From: Myxococcota bacterium
GTDB taxonomy: Bacteria > Myxococcota_A > Polyangia > Nannocystales > Nannocystaceae
DNA: 64,000 nt
Assembly (NCBI GenBank): GCA_039028615.1
Contig: JBCCHT010000054.1
Location: 20,696-84,695, forward strand
Reading direction: 5' to 3'
In this document: positions 21,001 to 29,332 of the stretch, piece by piece
Layout: each line of letters opens with the position of its first letter
How positions within the stretch are numbered: position 1 is the first letter of the stretch
Made by a program: the position numbers and the translations under genes
Notes under the pieces: model-generated
Databases searched by the model: none
Told to the model about the DNA's origin: nothing
Seen by the model: only the letters and a program-made list of their open reading frames with translations

Positions 21001-22425
21001 GTCGGACAGCAACGACGGATGAAAATGCCGCGTGCGACCGGCGAGCACGATCCCGCCCTGCCCGGGCCACGGCAACACCTCGTCGCACGCCTCGCCGACG
21101 CGCCCTCGCTCGCGACAGATCCCCTCCCATGCCTGCTGCCACTGCCGCGACGTGCCGAAGTGCTCGCGGGCCCACTGGCGCGCCGCGTCGGACACCTCTT
21201 CGTCGAAGATCGTCGCCCACTGCATCTTCCGCATCACGGGGCTCTGCCGCTGCTCGGCGAGGCGACGACGAGCGTCCGTCACCAGCCCCTGGAGGGCGGG
21301 GTAGTCGGGCTGGGCGAACACCAGCAGCCAATGGTCCACGCTGACCGAAGCGACCTGCTGCTCGGCGTGCCAGTGCTCGAACTCGGCCGTCGCCCCGCGC
21401 CGCACGGCGCTCATCGCCACCAGCTGATCGCGAACCCGGGCCACCTCGGCATCGCCCGCCGCGGACAGCGGCTCCAGCACGGCCAGCGCATCGCCCACGA
21501 GCCCGGCGCGGACCCACTCGGACGCCAGCGCCAGGCGAAGCGCGTGCGACTTGGGCTTTGCGCGCAGGCGCACGCTCAGCCGAGCCATGCGCGACTGATT
21601 GACGTAGGTCTGCGCCAGATCGACGGTGAACAGATCTTCGAAGAGCAAAGGATCGTCGGACAGGGTGCCCGCCGCCCGCTCGTCGACCGCGAGCGCGACG
21701 ATGGCCGCCCCCAGATGCCACGGGTCGGCCTCGAGCACCGCCGCGCTGCGATGACGCAGCTCCTCGGGCGCCGCACCGTGCTCGACCGCGTGCCGCAGCG
21801 CGCCGACGTGGACCTGGGGAAACCGTGGATCGGGCGGCAGTGCGTCCAGGCCCAGCTCCATCGCCCCGTCGGGCACCAACGGCCAAAAGCTGGCGATGGC
21901 CTGGCGCGCCGCGAGGTCGTCCCCGACCTGCTCGAGCAGCCGCGCGTAGTCCCACGTCATGGGACCGTCGTCCATGTCTGTGAGCGCCCGGCGAAGCGCC
22001 CGCTGGTGCCGCTGCGGGTTGGGGTGCGCCATGATCCCGCGGACCATCAGCTCGGGGTCGTCGGCTCGCTTGGCCCAGCGCATCGCATCCTTGGCGGCAC
22101 GGGTCAGCTCGCGTCGTGACTGCTTCTGCGCCTCGGCGTCGCCGTACAGCCGGCTGAACCACCACGCCGACTCCGCCCGCCGCAGGTGCAGGGCCATCGC
22201 CTCCGCCGCCCGGTAGGGACGGCCCAGGTCCCACTCGGCCCGCGCCAGCGCCCGCGCATGCTCGAGCGGATCGTCGTCGGCGTCGGGCACCTGGAGCGCG
22301 GCCCGAGCCTCGAGCTGACCCGATCGCAGAGGCGTGAGCGCGCCCTGCCGAGCCGACGCACACCCCACCGCAATGAAGGGCAGGGCCAAGAAGATCACCA
22401 AGGCAAATCGAAACGAGCGAAGCAT
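15004..22425 (-). CDS. Giant (2473 aa) lipoprotein with helical-repeat regions and C-terminal transglutaminase-like domain
   Basis: Lipobox AVGC; Ala/Leu/Arg-rich TPR/HEAT-like helices; C-terminal GRGDCTEYA...HAWV...IDPTW triad. Confidence 0.8.
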   Translation of the reverse strand: MLRSFRFALVIFLALPFIAVGCASARQGALTPLRSGQLEARAALQVPDADDDPLEHARALARAEWDLGRPYRAAEAMALHLRRAESAWWFSRLYGDAEAQKQSRRELTRAAKDAMRWAKRADDPELMVRGIMAHPNPQRHQRALRRALTDMDDGPMTWDYARLLEQVGDDLAARQAIASFWPLVPDGAMELGLDALPPDPRFPQVHVGALRHAVEHGAAPEELRHRSAAVLEADPWHLGAAIVALAVDERAAGTLSDDPLLFEDLFTVDLAQTYVNQSRMARLSVRLRAKPKSHALRLALASEWVRAGLVGDALAVLEPLSAAGDAEVARVRDQLVAMSAVRRGATAEFEHWHAEQQVASVSVDHWLLVFAQPDYPALQGLVTDARRRLAEQRQSPVMRKMQWATIFDEEVSDAARQWAREHFGTSRQWQQAWEGICRERGRVGEACDEVLPWPGQGGIVLAGRTRHFHPSLLSDIDQLTTADYHAIGPVLEQYVGTVTEASPEVLAALFRFRLAQGRYDDARSLLETSGELMAPSERTWAWLVIDDVESGSVTFDEANRWYAPVFTHDPDAPENTEDDEPPVSRLEHYVWGMTAGRRAQHQRALEWLMPLLDELPDEVMVDGLAQAALAAHLAGDPRLEALQQRLLAVDRHGASLALLQARIARDAGLPEVERGFLTHGLRWSPDDTTLYRELLATFAREGAPPPEAAMAFIAERAPPYDYLHEDLRRGVRDGTLSSFAAVQQALRGINGTEQDAWQVGASMLRQFPNLASRAVAWGEKNIREAESLEEAKQWAVATFELQQTAGVRHRWALRRQLWAALVADRSLSGLALARQRDPERRYRPLSDGDSLVLLLRARQAGEIDDQLAWDLWRWANDNDAPDADARVVAIIAEPPAGTLLQIFACNELTAADDEGPAYDACEKAFASHPSSASVAVNQIYLGLNDDDEAAGDRRLRAAVASGAHRASFIDEPEMALTSTLSQPWHHNYAVWLGRQGRHEESADHWLQAFAFGLNEDAGRFHAVEQVTWRGAHIRGLQTHATQNLRVRQQRRSWYALLEGRPTMARHYAEAARTMIDEEEGASNRAQLIEADERYHRARWAEADLHAGRITTEGIAQVAALFDSNDPTAAKRLHGEFPESSLVALARIQVYRELGENHRALPIAGGLAEGSTDPLAAATVIPLLADAERLDEAKAMFEAADAANPGDDLLRYVDASEFVTGARTEIPAWTRDPARYDARVAQVTSAQIAAFAPMRVTAEDRAAEIFVPGSWKPSDISPLRYRDGEGGRVLVLTNPRDSRCQGEICAADLLEQLAGSGRTLQWMRETTLVGLPATQAMFTSPEEVLVAWVLPSGGRVFTLVMAATPAQFDRLRPVLAMFRDGFRPLDGVRSAFAARSLRTAGAKLVDGWRLRARREQATVREPGVCPVPETLAALKHDHQRAELLIDLWLGMPDADARLALLECTGPREAASRRLALVALLDEDPRAHEFGVQAVQTHASRADADVRTLLSTPAKHAIAAPDYLIHTDKPPRGLVEVLGALPLSHGRTLAARLLASKDARDRRLAWAGVRLRPELATDEVLEVAMAEGSELVAEAASVMAGWGRTNDRLRLRRYLESAPSPSTARARRDMRSVAVALAWFMDADDQPLLLALPGRVEDDDDVELLETFRETLQGIAADHDQATKVQAGVDVAEPSDRALRWVSRNELYGFERREEAELREAELAELLPGEDWIFARLAAPGLFASTVADVAGRLTSENEAVDQRISDLTAMGLRAGGFAALSQTGGLDVSEPIECARAAKGGGWVCSARVTDRDALLTVLGQRKYDEDAGVSLPLTLATTAGIVPVVMSVLPAVLHFVVYPDEDDEDESDEGDDDDDEPGHFIASLGVEDDDEAEVVAPNAIERTRRTIERNGMPIEVYSIVDGKTSRIGIDSERYLFTGDRLWVFATDRDMRRVLRRVPGPALADSPEFQRLTAKWKEGAALQAVAVGDAWSLAPGGASIEVVLDESGLHFRYAAALEEATGVNDIGPALSQLPPGALTTVAHGLGRFSETAIEVDPLKATGSDATRVPPLPLFAQARGVAFGWYLEDGDHLWRRWVGVTPLDAPLRKALRKAKTPPGKSEARRHGGLCYRERADFLFVGDCTLVDQAANGPPPPAASREQLRVGYGSFDGAAIAERLPGLAGLPLEEKMVMRGVAPIFNIFTELEVEADWILATGLAVIEGHVGVRLREAGDHSRVIDDWLATKEVRNAASLPRRVRFEELEGKLRYTFEVPDAEAFARGTLVDSPRTAVEVLGPTRVRLTVEPVAASAAPVPLGKDELARLTKATDEYSSEDARIVELARSIVPEGTSAVDAAELVSQWVHERISYEVTPRVLSGVEILEAGRGDCTEYAGLTVTLLRALDIPAEMRSGMAASDDEMVAHAWVGFHDGVTWHEIDPTWGRKTATSGHLEMSVLDALALISLGKLEVVEIAAP

Positions 22426-22571
22426 CGAGGGGGGGTCCAGTTATCGCATTCGTGCCGTGGGGGCGCACGTGGTCCGAATGAGGCCCACCGGTCGGCACGG
22501 CCGGTCGAGGGGAAGCCCTCCCCACCCATAGGCCCCGAGCCCTTCAAATTGGACACCATCGTTTCGGTAGA

Positions 22572-24641
22572 GTGCACCGAGTCATCCCGTTGACCGCTCG
22601 GCCCCAGCTCCATCCTCGCGCCCGACGGTGCATCGTCTTGCGCGGTGCCAGGTCGGACACGAAACAGGCGGCCGAAGCCGTGCTTGCCGACCTCGATCCC
22701 GCCCGCGTCGTGTGGATTGGCCTCAACGACGAGAGTGCCCCTGCGCCGACCCACGAGCCCCGCCGCGTTCGCACGCTGCTCGGCCAGTCCTTCGATGCCG
22801 TGGTGCTGGATGGACACGACGGCCTGGACCCCGACGTGCTCGGCCAGTGCCAGGGCTTGGTGTGGGGCGGCGGCGGGCTCGTGCTGCGCCTGCCTCCCGC
22901 CACCGAGCTCCCCCGACCACAGACCCGCGCCCACCTGGCCGCTCACCCCTACCGAGCCGCGGACGTCGGCGTTCGGTTTCATCATCTCGTCGAGCGAGCC
23001 CTGCAGCGAGCCCCCACGGCCGAAGTCGTCACCGTACCGTCCTCACCCCCGCCCGAGCCCTTGGGCCCTCCACCGCGGCACATCGAAGGCACCGACGATC
23101 AGCGTCGCGTCGTCGATGCCCTGCACCACGCCTGGTCGTCCCCCGAGCCCACCCGCACCGTAGTGCTGGCCGACCGTGGCCGCGGCAAGTCCAGCGCCCT
23201 GGGACTCGCCCTCGCCAGCCTCGCCGACTACCCCCAGCGCACCATCGCCGTCACCGCAGCCCACCCCGACGCCGCGGCCGAAGTCTTCCGCTTCGCCCCC
23301 GACACCCACGCCCAGTTCGTCCCTCTGTCCAAACTCGTCGGTGGCGACGTCTCCCCCGATCTCATCGTGGTGGACGAGGCCGCGCAGCTCCCCGTCCCCA
23401 TGCTGCGGCGCCTGGTCGAAGTGCACCCGCGAGCCCACCTCGCCTTTGCCACCACCACCCACGGCTACGAAGGCACTGGCCGCGGCTTCGTGCTCCGCTT
23501 CCTGACCTGGCTCGAGACCCGCGAGCCCCCCGTCCAACGCCTCTCGCTCCGCACCCCCATTCGCTGGAGCGACGACGACCCCCTCGAGCGCCTCGTCTTC
23601 GACGCCCTGCTGCTCGATGCCGACCTCGCCCCCTTGCCCGCCGACCTGCTCCGGGCCCCCGACGCCGAGCTACGAACCGAACGACTCGACCGCAACGCCC
23701 TGCTCACCGACGAACCGAGCCTCCGCGAACTCTTCGGCCTCCTCGTCCACGCCCACTATCGAACCACCCCCACCGACCTCCACCGCCTGCTCGACGCCCC
23801 CAACCTCGCCGTGCACGTCGTGCGCTGGCGCGACCACATCGTCGCCGCCACCATCGTCGCCGAAGAGGGCGCCCTGTCCCCCGCGCAATGCCAATCCATG
23901 GCCCGCGGCCAGATCCGCATCCGGGCCCACGCCTTGCCCGACGCCCTCGTCGCCCACCTCGGCCACCCCGAAGCCGGCGAGCTGCCCATGCTCCGCAGCG
24001 TCCGCATCGCCACCCACCCCAAGCTACGACGCCAGCGACTCGCCACCCGCCTCGTCGAGCACGTCCACGCCCAGGCCACCCCCGCCCTGTTCGGCACCCT
24101 CTTCGGCGCCACCCCCTCGCTGCTCGCCTTCCGCCGCTCGCTCGGCTACCGACTCGTCCGCATCAGCGCCTCCCGAGGCGCCCGAACCGGCGAGCCCTCC
24201 GTCCTCATGCTCCGCCCCACCACCCCCCGAGCCGAGGCCCTCGTAAACACCCTCCGAGCCGAGCTCGCCCGCGACCTCCCCCGCCAGCTCGAGCTCATGC
24301 AAGCCGACCGAGAAACCCTCCTCGACCCCGCCCTCATCACCGCCCTCCACCACGACCTCCCCACCCCCGCCCCCTTGTCCCCCCAACAATGCGATGCCCT
24401 CGTCCGCACCTACGCCCCCGGCCCCCGCACCTTCGAATCCATCGCCCTCGCCCTCCAACAGTTCATCAAAGCCAACCCCCACCGCCTCACCCGCCTCCCC
24501 CCCTCCGACCAAGCCCTCATCCAATCCCGAGTCCTCGCCGCCCAAAGCTGGCACCACGCCACCCAATCCGCCGCCCTCCCCAGCATCCCCGCCGCCATGC
24601 GAGCCCTCCGCCGAGCCACCCGCCACCTCCTCGACCCCTAG
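22572..24641 (+). CDS. tmcA: tRNA(Met) cytidine acetyltransferase TmcA
   Basis: ADRGRGKSSALG, VVDEAAQLP, TTHGYEGTGRGF, PIRWSDDDPLE, LVHAHYRTTPTDL, GNAT RSVRIATHP. Confidence 0.9.
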   Translation: MHRVIPLTARPQLHPRARRCIVLRGARSDTKQAAEAVLADLDPARVVWIGLNDESAPAPTHEPRRVRTLLGQSFDAVVLDGHDGLDPDVLGQCQGLVWGGGGLVLRLPPATELPRPQTRAHLAAHPYRAADVGVRFHHLVERALQRAPTAEVVTVPSSPPPEPLGPPPRHIEGTDDQRRVVDALHHAWSSPEPTRTVVLADRGRGKSSALGLALASLADYPQRTIAVTAAHPDAAAEVFRFAPDTHAQFVPLSKLVGGDVSPDLIVVDEAAQLPVPMLRRLVEVHPRAHLAFATTTHGYEGTGRGFVLRFLTWLETREPPVQRLSLRTPIRWSDDDPLERLVFDALLLDADLAPLPADLLRAPDAELRTERLDRNALLTDEPSLRELFGLLVHAHYRTTPTDLHRLLDAPNLAVHVVRWRDHIVAATIVAEEGALSPAQCQSMARGQIRIRAHALPDALVAHLGHPEAGELPMLRSVRIATHPKLRRQRLATRLVEHVHAQATPALFGTLFGATPSLLAFRRSLGYRLVRISASRGARTGEPSVLMLRPTTPRAEALVNTLRAELARDLPRQLELMQADRETLLDPALITALHHDLPTPAPLSPQQCDALVRTYAPGPRTFESIALALQQFIKANPHRLTRLPPSDQALIQSRVLAAQSWHHATQSAALPSIPAAMRALRRATRHLLDP

Positions 24642-24760
24642 GATCCCCTCCCCACAACGCCCAACCCAAGAGCGCCCACAAAAAACGGAGCTCCAACTCT
24701 CCCGTTAGCAACCCCCGGCAAACCTCAACCGAAAACGCCTGCCCGCAGCTCCCCCCATTG

Positions 24761-25148
24761 CCCTTCCCCAGATCGGACGGGCCCGCGCAGCACGGCAGGG
24801 GCCCACTCGCGCGCAGCGGCGACTAATAGCCCCTACAAGCACCCAGCTCCAGCATCGCCGACGAGCACGAGTGGGAAGGAGGCCGAGCGTCAGCAGGCGC
24901 CCGTCCGTCCCCGCCCGAAGCTCATACAACCTCTCGACCCAGAGCCCACAACCAAAACCGCCCGCCCGCAGCTCCCCCCACTGCCCTTCCCCAGATCGGA
25001 CGGGCCCGCGCAGCACGGCAGGGGCCCACTCGCGCGCAGCGGCGACTATGAGCCCCTACAAGCACCCAGCTACAACATCGCCGACGAGCACGAGTGGGAA
25101 GGAGGCCGAGCGTCAGCAGGCGCCCGTCCGTCCCCGCCCGAAGCTCAT
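24761..25148 (-). repeat. Hairpin-element array A: two 165-bp cores (24761-24925, 24984-25148), period 223 bp
   Basis: Near-identical direct repeats cccttccccagatcggacgggccc...cgcccgaagctcat. Nested inverted repeats pair best on the minus (G-rich) strand. Confidence 0.95.
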
Positions 25149-25307
25149 ACAACCTCTCGACCCAGAGCCCACAACCTAATGCACCACCCACCCAAAGCTC
25201 ATAACCCAAACGACGAAACCATCTCCCCGAGAACCCCACCCAACCAAAAGAGAAGCCGACCGCCCAAAGACGCCCGGCCCCCTTTCAGTCAACCCCGAGC
25301 CCCGCCC

Positions 25308-26300
25308 TCACTGCTCCACACACATAAAGTAGAGCCCAAACCAATTCGCCCCACAACTCCGCGTATTGAGCTCGAGAAAATCCTCGACCCCCGTCCCCCG
25401 ACCATACGTCGCCGTAGCCCCCGAACTCGCCGAACTCCACCCAATACAAATGTTGTCCCCCAAGTTCGTCCAATCATCCGCCATCCCAGTAATCGTATCG
25501 AGGATCGGACAAGTCATCCCACACACCATGTCCTCGACCGGATTCTCCAACGGCATCGGCGCCCCCGCCCGAACCCCGAGCAGCGCCGTCCCATCGGTGA
25601 TCCACACGATCTCCCCGTCGTCGTTCGTATAGGCGGTGTACGGCTGCAAGACCCAGTCGTTCTGCCCATCACCCACCCACGGCGTCAACGAAGCCCGCCG
25701 CACGCTCGCGAACGAGAACATCGCCGCATACCCATCCGGGCAGGTGCTATCGGCATACGCGACCGGGTCGGTCCCGAAGTTCCCGTTCGGCAACGCATTG
25801 CCGAAGGTGATGTGCCGCTCTTCGATGACCCCCGAGCAGTCCGGCGCACACGCCCCCAGCGCGAGGGCATTGGCATTCCCTTCGTCGCAGCCCTCGGCCG
25901 GCCCCGGGTCCCCGTCGCCGCACACGTTGAGCTCACAGTTCGCGTTACAGGCCTGGCCGGGCCCGTTGTTCTCGCCGTCGTCGCAGATCTCCTGGAGCTC
26001 GGCATCGATGACACCGTCGCCACAGAAGGGATCCGGCTCACCCGTGCTCGTGTCGGCGCTCGACGTCTCGATGTCGCCCGTGGGCTCGCCCGAGGTCTGC
26101 GAGCCCGTGCCCGGCTCGCCGCCCGTGGTCGGCCCCGGAGGCGTGGCATCGGTGGCAACGGGGTCGGCCGAGTCGCTGCTTCCCCCGGTACCGCTACTCG
26201 CCGCTACGTCGGTCTCTCCCTCCGCATCGTCGGGGTTGAAGCACGCCGCAGGCGCGAGAGACAGAGCAACAAGGGCGGTACGACGTAGGGAAGTAAGCAT
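25308..26300 (-). CDS. Lipoprotein with Cys-rich repeats and C-terminal DUF1554-like domain
   Basis: Lipobox PAAC; CGDG repeats; ADSTC...RRASLTPWVGDGQNDWVLQPYTAY resembles DUF1554. Confidence 0.75.
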   Translation of the reverse strand: MLTSLRRTALVALSLAPAACFNPDDAEGETDVAASSGTGGSSDSADPVATDATPPGPTTGGEPGTGSQTSGEPTGDIETSSADTSTGEPDPFCGDGVIDAELQEICDDGENNGPGQACNANCELNVCGDGDPGPAEGCDEGNANALALGACAPDCSGVIEERHITFGNALPNGNFGTDPVAYADSTCPDGYAAMFSFASVRRASLTPWVGDGQNDWVLQPYTAYTNDDGEIVWITDGTALLGVRAGAPMPLENPVEDMVCGMTCPILDTITGMADDWTNLGDNICIGWSSASSGATATYGRGTGVEDFLELNTRSCGANWFGLYFMCVEQ

Positions 26301-26928
26301 GAGAACGAATACGGAGTAGCACGAGCCCGACCACCGCTCTAGTACGATCGTGCTACGAACCGTCCCCCAATACACGGGATGTCTCACCGACGGCGCATGC
26401 GGTCATCGAGACTCCCACGGCCCACCAAACAGCGATCGAAGGACACGCAGGACACGAACACGGATCGATGACCGACATGGTCAATTCATGCGCAAACGAT
26501 GCCCCATGGCCGTTTGACGCCGACGCCTCCACTCGCGATCGCGCACCGTCTGCCCGGCCCGCGCACACGTCGTCACGCCCTTCGAAACGCGAGCGCGACC
26601 GCCCGACGACTTCGAATGGCCGCGGTGTTTCGACGCGAACGATCGAGGCATTCTGCCGCGCCCGAACACGAACCGCCGTCGGTCTCCGTGCAGTGTCACA
26701 GTGCAGGTGAAGCCGAGCGATCCAACTCGACCGAGCGATGCCGCTCGACTCCACGCCAACGACGACGCACCTCGGAGCTTTGCTCCATTGTCTCCACGAA
26801 GGCTCGCCCCGCGGCTGAACGAACAAAACGCCAGACCGCGACACCTATGAGACGCCGCGGGGCGCCCATGCACGAAATCCACGTCGCATCGATTGACGAT
26901 CACCAGCCCGCCGTGAAACGGTCGCACG

Positions 26929-27471
26929 GTGTTTGGCTTGATTGTTTGGATGACGGCAGTGGCGATGAACGTCTCGGCGCCGTCGAAGTGCGAAGTGGAG
27001 GTGGCCGGGATGCCGGTGTCCGTCATGGGCCACCACGACCTGATGGCGGGCTACCATCAATACCCGGTCGAACGACGCGTCCAGGTGGAGTTGGATTCGG
27101 ACGCAAAGTGGCTGCGGGTGAGAGGGCCTCGTTACGCGGGCTCGCGACGGGTCGAGCCGGGCGAGTGCCGCCCGGGGGCAGTGCTGCGCGTGGACGTGAA
27201 GCCCAAGCCCGCTCGCATCGACTTCCCGTGTGCGCCCCCCGATCTCACCGTCGCGTGCACCCACTGTCCCGGGCTGTCGGAGCCGCGCATCTTCACGGCC
27301 AAGGACTTTCCTCCGCTGCGGATGTCGTCGTTCAGCGAGACGGTGGAGGTGGTGTTCCGTGCCCCCGGCTACCGCAAACAAACCCGAACCTTCCGCGTGC
27401 ATCCGGGGCACAACAAAGTCGAGGTCTCGCTCGAGCCCCTGCCCGGCACGGAACCCACGCACGGGCACTAG
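26929..27471 (+). CDS. Secreted hypothetical protein, PEGA-like beta domains
   Basis: Hydrophobic N-terminus; VRGPRYAG and FRAPGYRKQTRTFRVHPG PEGA-like strands. Confidence 0.55.
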   Translation: MFGLIVWMTAVAMNVSAPSKCEVEVAGMPVSVMGHHDLMAGYHQYPVERRVQVELDSDAKWLRVRGPRYAGSRRVEPGECRPGAVLRVDVKPKPARIDFPCAPPDLTVACTHCPGLSEPRIFTAKDFPPLRMSSFSETVEVVFRAPGYRKQTRTFRVHPGHNKVEVSLEPLPGTEPTHGH

Positions 27472-27685
27472 CCGCCAGCCTGATGCGTACGTAGCGCGAC
27501 GCCCGAATCGTTCGCGACGGAGACGCCCGCGAAGCGCCTGGGTGCGAGCGCCCGAACGCAGTCCACGACACGCCGAGCCACGCGTTGCCGTCTCGGCCCG
27601 TGGACCCGTCATCGACCCGCGTCGCTGCCCGCCCAGTCCGGCTTGCTCCGAGCGGAATGAGGTCGTTAGGCTGGAGCCCATCGTG

Positions 27686-29230
27686 ATGGATCGAGCGTGG
27701 TGGGTCAGCGGGCTGTGGCTGGCGCTGGCAGTCGCAGGGGCGTGCAGCGATTCGACGCTGCCCACGAGTGGCAATGGCAGCAGCGAAGGCGGCTCGACCG
27801 ACGCGGCGCCGCCCATCTCGGAGTCCACCGGGTCGACGGCACCGCATGGCGCCGACGAGACCAGCACGGGCGAGCCCCCGGTCCCCAGCGCCTGCACGGC
27901 CGGGGTGGCGATCGCTGGCGTCGAGCAGCCTCCTGGCGATCCAGCGGCCGGCTACGAGGCGCTGCTCACCGAGGGCTACGTCACCTGCGGAATTCCCTAT
28001 CCCCTCTTCGGCCTGGCGGCGCCCCTGCTCGGAGGGTTCGGCACGGGGGAGCCGCTTCCCGGTCGCACGGGCCTCAACGCCGAGGTGCCCTACAACTGGA
28101 CGGTCCACACCACGGACGCGGGTGCCGACATCGTCTCGCTCAATTGCCTCGAGTGTCACGCGGGCGAGTTCAACGGCGAGCTGATCGTGGGCCTGGGCAA
28201 GGCCGACGCCGACTACACCGAGAACATCGCGGGGGCGCTGGCGCAGATCCCCATCGTCCCGATTCCCATCCCCGGCCTCGAAGAGCTCACCCGCATGGCG
28301 GCGCGCTACCAGGTGGTCGGCGACGACATCCGCATGCTCACCGTGGGCACCAACCCGGCCGACCGCCTGGCCGTCGTGCTGGGTTCGCATCGGGACGCCG
28401 AGACCCTGGCCTGGCAGGACGAGCCACATACCCCGGTCCCCCAGGTCGTGCTGCCGGTGGACACGCCGCCATGGTGGCACGTGAAAAAAAAGCACGGATT
28501 GTTCTTCAACGGCATGGCCCGAGGGGACCACCGCGCAACGATGCTTTTTGCCACGTCGCTGTGTACGGACACCGTCGAAGAGGCCTCCGAGATCCTCTCC
28601 TACTTCGACGACATTCGGGCCTATCTCGCCACGATCGAGGCCCCCAGCTACCCCTTCGAGATCGACGCGGCGCTGGCCGACCAAGGGCAAACCATCTTCG
28701 CCCGGGACTGTGCATGTTGCCACGGTACCTATGACGCAGATCCCGCGAGTGAGACCTATCCCAATCTTTTACTGCCGCTCGACGTGATCGGCACCGATCC
28801 TCTGCTAGCCCAAGAGTCGGACGTGCAACCCTTCGCCGATTGGTTCAACGACTCTTGGTACGGCCAAGTCGGCCAGCTGACCCCTGGCGAGCCCTTCCCC
28901 GGCTACGTGGCCCCGCCGCTCGACGGCATCTGGGCCACCGCGCCGTACCTGCACAACGCGTCCGTACCCAACCTCGAGCTGGTGCTCGACAGCAGCCAAC
29001 GTCCCCGGTACTGGCGCCGGGACGACTACGACAGCACCAACTTCGACCCCCACACCGTGGGCTGGCCCCATACCGAACTACCGTACGGCCAACGAGACGC
29101 CCCCGCCGACGTGCGCAAGCACGTCTACGACACCACCCGCCTGGGGCACTGGAACACGGGCCACACCTTCGGTGACCACCTCGACGACTCAGAGCGACGA
29201 GCCGTACTCGAGTACCTCAAGACGCTCTGA
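27686..29230 (+). CDS. RoxA-like diheme c-type cytochrome lipoprotein
   Basis: Lipobox AGAC; heme motifs CLECH and CACCH; DTPPWW, APPLDGIWATAPYLHNASVP, YDTT...NTGHTF, EYLKTL. Confidence 0.8.
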   Translation: MDRAWWVSGLWLALAVAGACSDSTLPTSGNGSSEGGSTDAAPPISESTGSTAPHGADETSTGEPPVPSACTAGVAIAGVEQPPGDPAAGYEALLTEGYVTCGIPYPLFGLAAPLLGGFGTGEPLPGRTGLNAEVPYNWTVHTTDAGADIVSLNCLECHAGEFNGELIVGLGKADADYTENIAGALAQIPIVPIPIPGLEELTRMAARYQVVGDDIRMLTVGTNPADRLAVVLGSHRDAETLAWQDEPHTPVPQVVLPVDTPPWWHVKKKHGLFFNGMARGDHRATMLFATSLCTDTVEEASEILSYFDDIRAYLATIEAPSYPFEIDAALADQGQTIFARDCACCHGTYDADPASETYPNLLLPLDVIGTDPLLAQESDVQPFADWFNDSWYGQVGQLTPGEPFPGYVAPPLDGIWATAPYLHNASVPNLELVLDSSQRPRYWRRDDYDSTNFDPHTVGWPHTELPYGQRDAPADVRKHVYDTTRLGHWNTGHTFGDHLDDSERRAVLEYLKTL

Positions 29231-29332
29231 TGCGAGGCCGCCGCCCGGCCGCCTCGCTCGCTTCCCCCGAAAGACCGACAATTGAACGACGCCGCACTCG
29301 ACGTGCACGCCACCGTGCCCGCTCACCTCCGT

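Noticed and set aside
17854..22119. Long antisense/alternate-frame ORFs (also 47297-50665, 11437-13509, 5341-7074)
   Set aside because: Shadow ORFs of real high-GC genes, with no recognisable motifs.
24761..25148. Integron attC sites
   Set aside because: No RYYYAAC/GTTRRRY ends, no integrase, and no cassette ORFs between copies.
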